DNA from: a virus
Strand: one strand, 5' to 3'
UHGV virus genome: UHGV-0103744
Length of the DNA: 14,629 bases
Under the pieces are notes generated by a model. The model saw nothing but the letters and a program-made list of their open reading frames with translations. It made no database searches and had not been told where the DNA came from. Shown here piece by piece: positions 14,618 through 14,629 of the stretch. The translations under genes and the position numbers were made by a program. Position 1 is the stretch's first letter. Each line of letters opens with the position of its first letter.

Positions 14618-14629
14618 ACACGGGGAACC

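Overview
The window is the left end and most of the early/regulatory region of a mosaic lambdoid prophage, integrated at the 3' end of a tRNA gene (positions 1-35, recognised from memory as tRNA-Thr thrW; no search was run). Leftward (- strand) from a divergent immunity region at about 5.0-6.9 kb lies a PL-type operon: an unknown ORF, gam, bet, exo, three small lambda-like ORFs (orf60a/orf63/orf61 equivalents), a TraR/DksA-type zinc-finger gene, an unknown ORF, then a P22-type xis and int abutting the tRNA. The immunity region has a cI-type repressor (HTH plus S24 peptidase), duplicated operator/promoter modules (OL/PL and OR/PR) and a Cro-like YdaS-type gene followed by a YdaT-like gene in the cII position. 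Rightward (+ strand) follow lambda-type O (with internal ori iterons), P and ren, an AT-rich cargo island with two translationally coupled lipoprotein genes, a DLP12-like nin block (ybcN, ninE, ybcO, rusA, ylcG), a Q-like antiterminator, a tR'-like terminator, a lambda/P22-family holin and a GH24 endolysin. The best candidates for undescribed biology are (i) a 287-aa AT-rich orphan gene co-transcribed with the repressor in the rexAB-equivalent slot and (ii) the lipoprotein pair between ren and the nin genes. All protein identifications come from reading the supplied translations and from recalled family knowledge; no database search or computation was possible.
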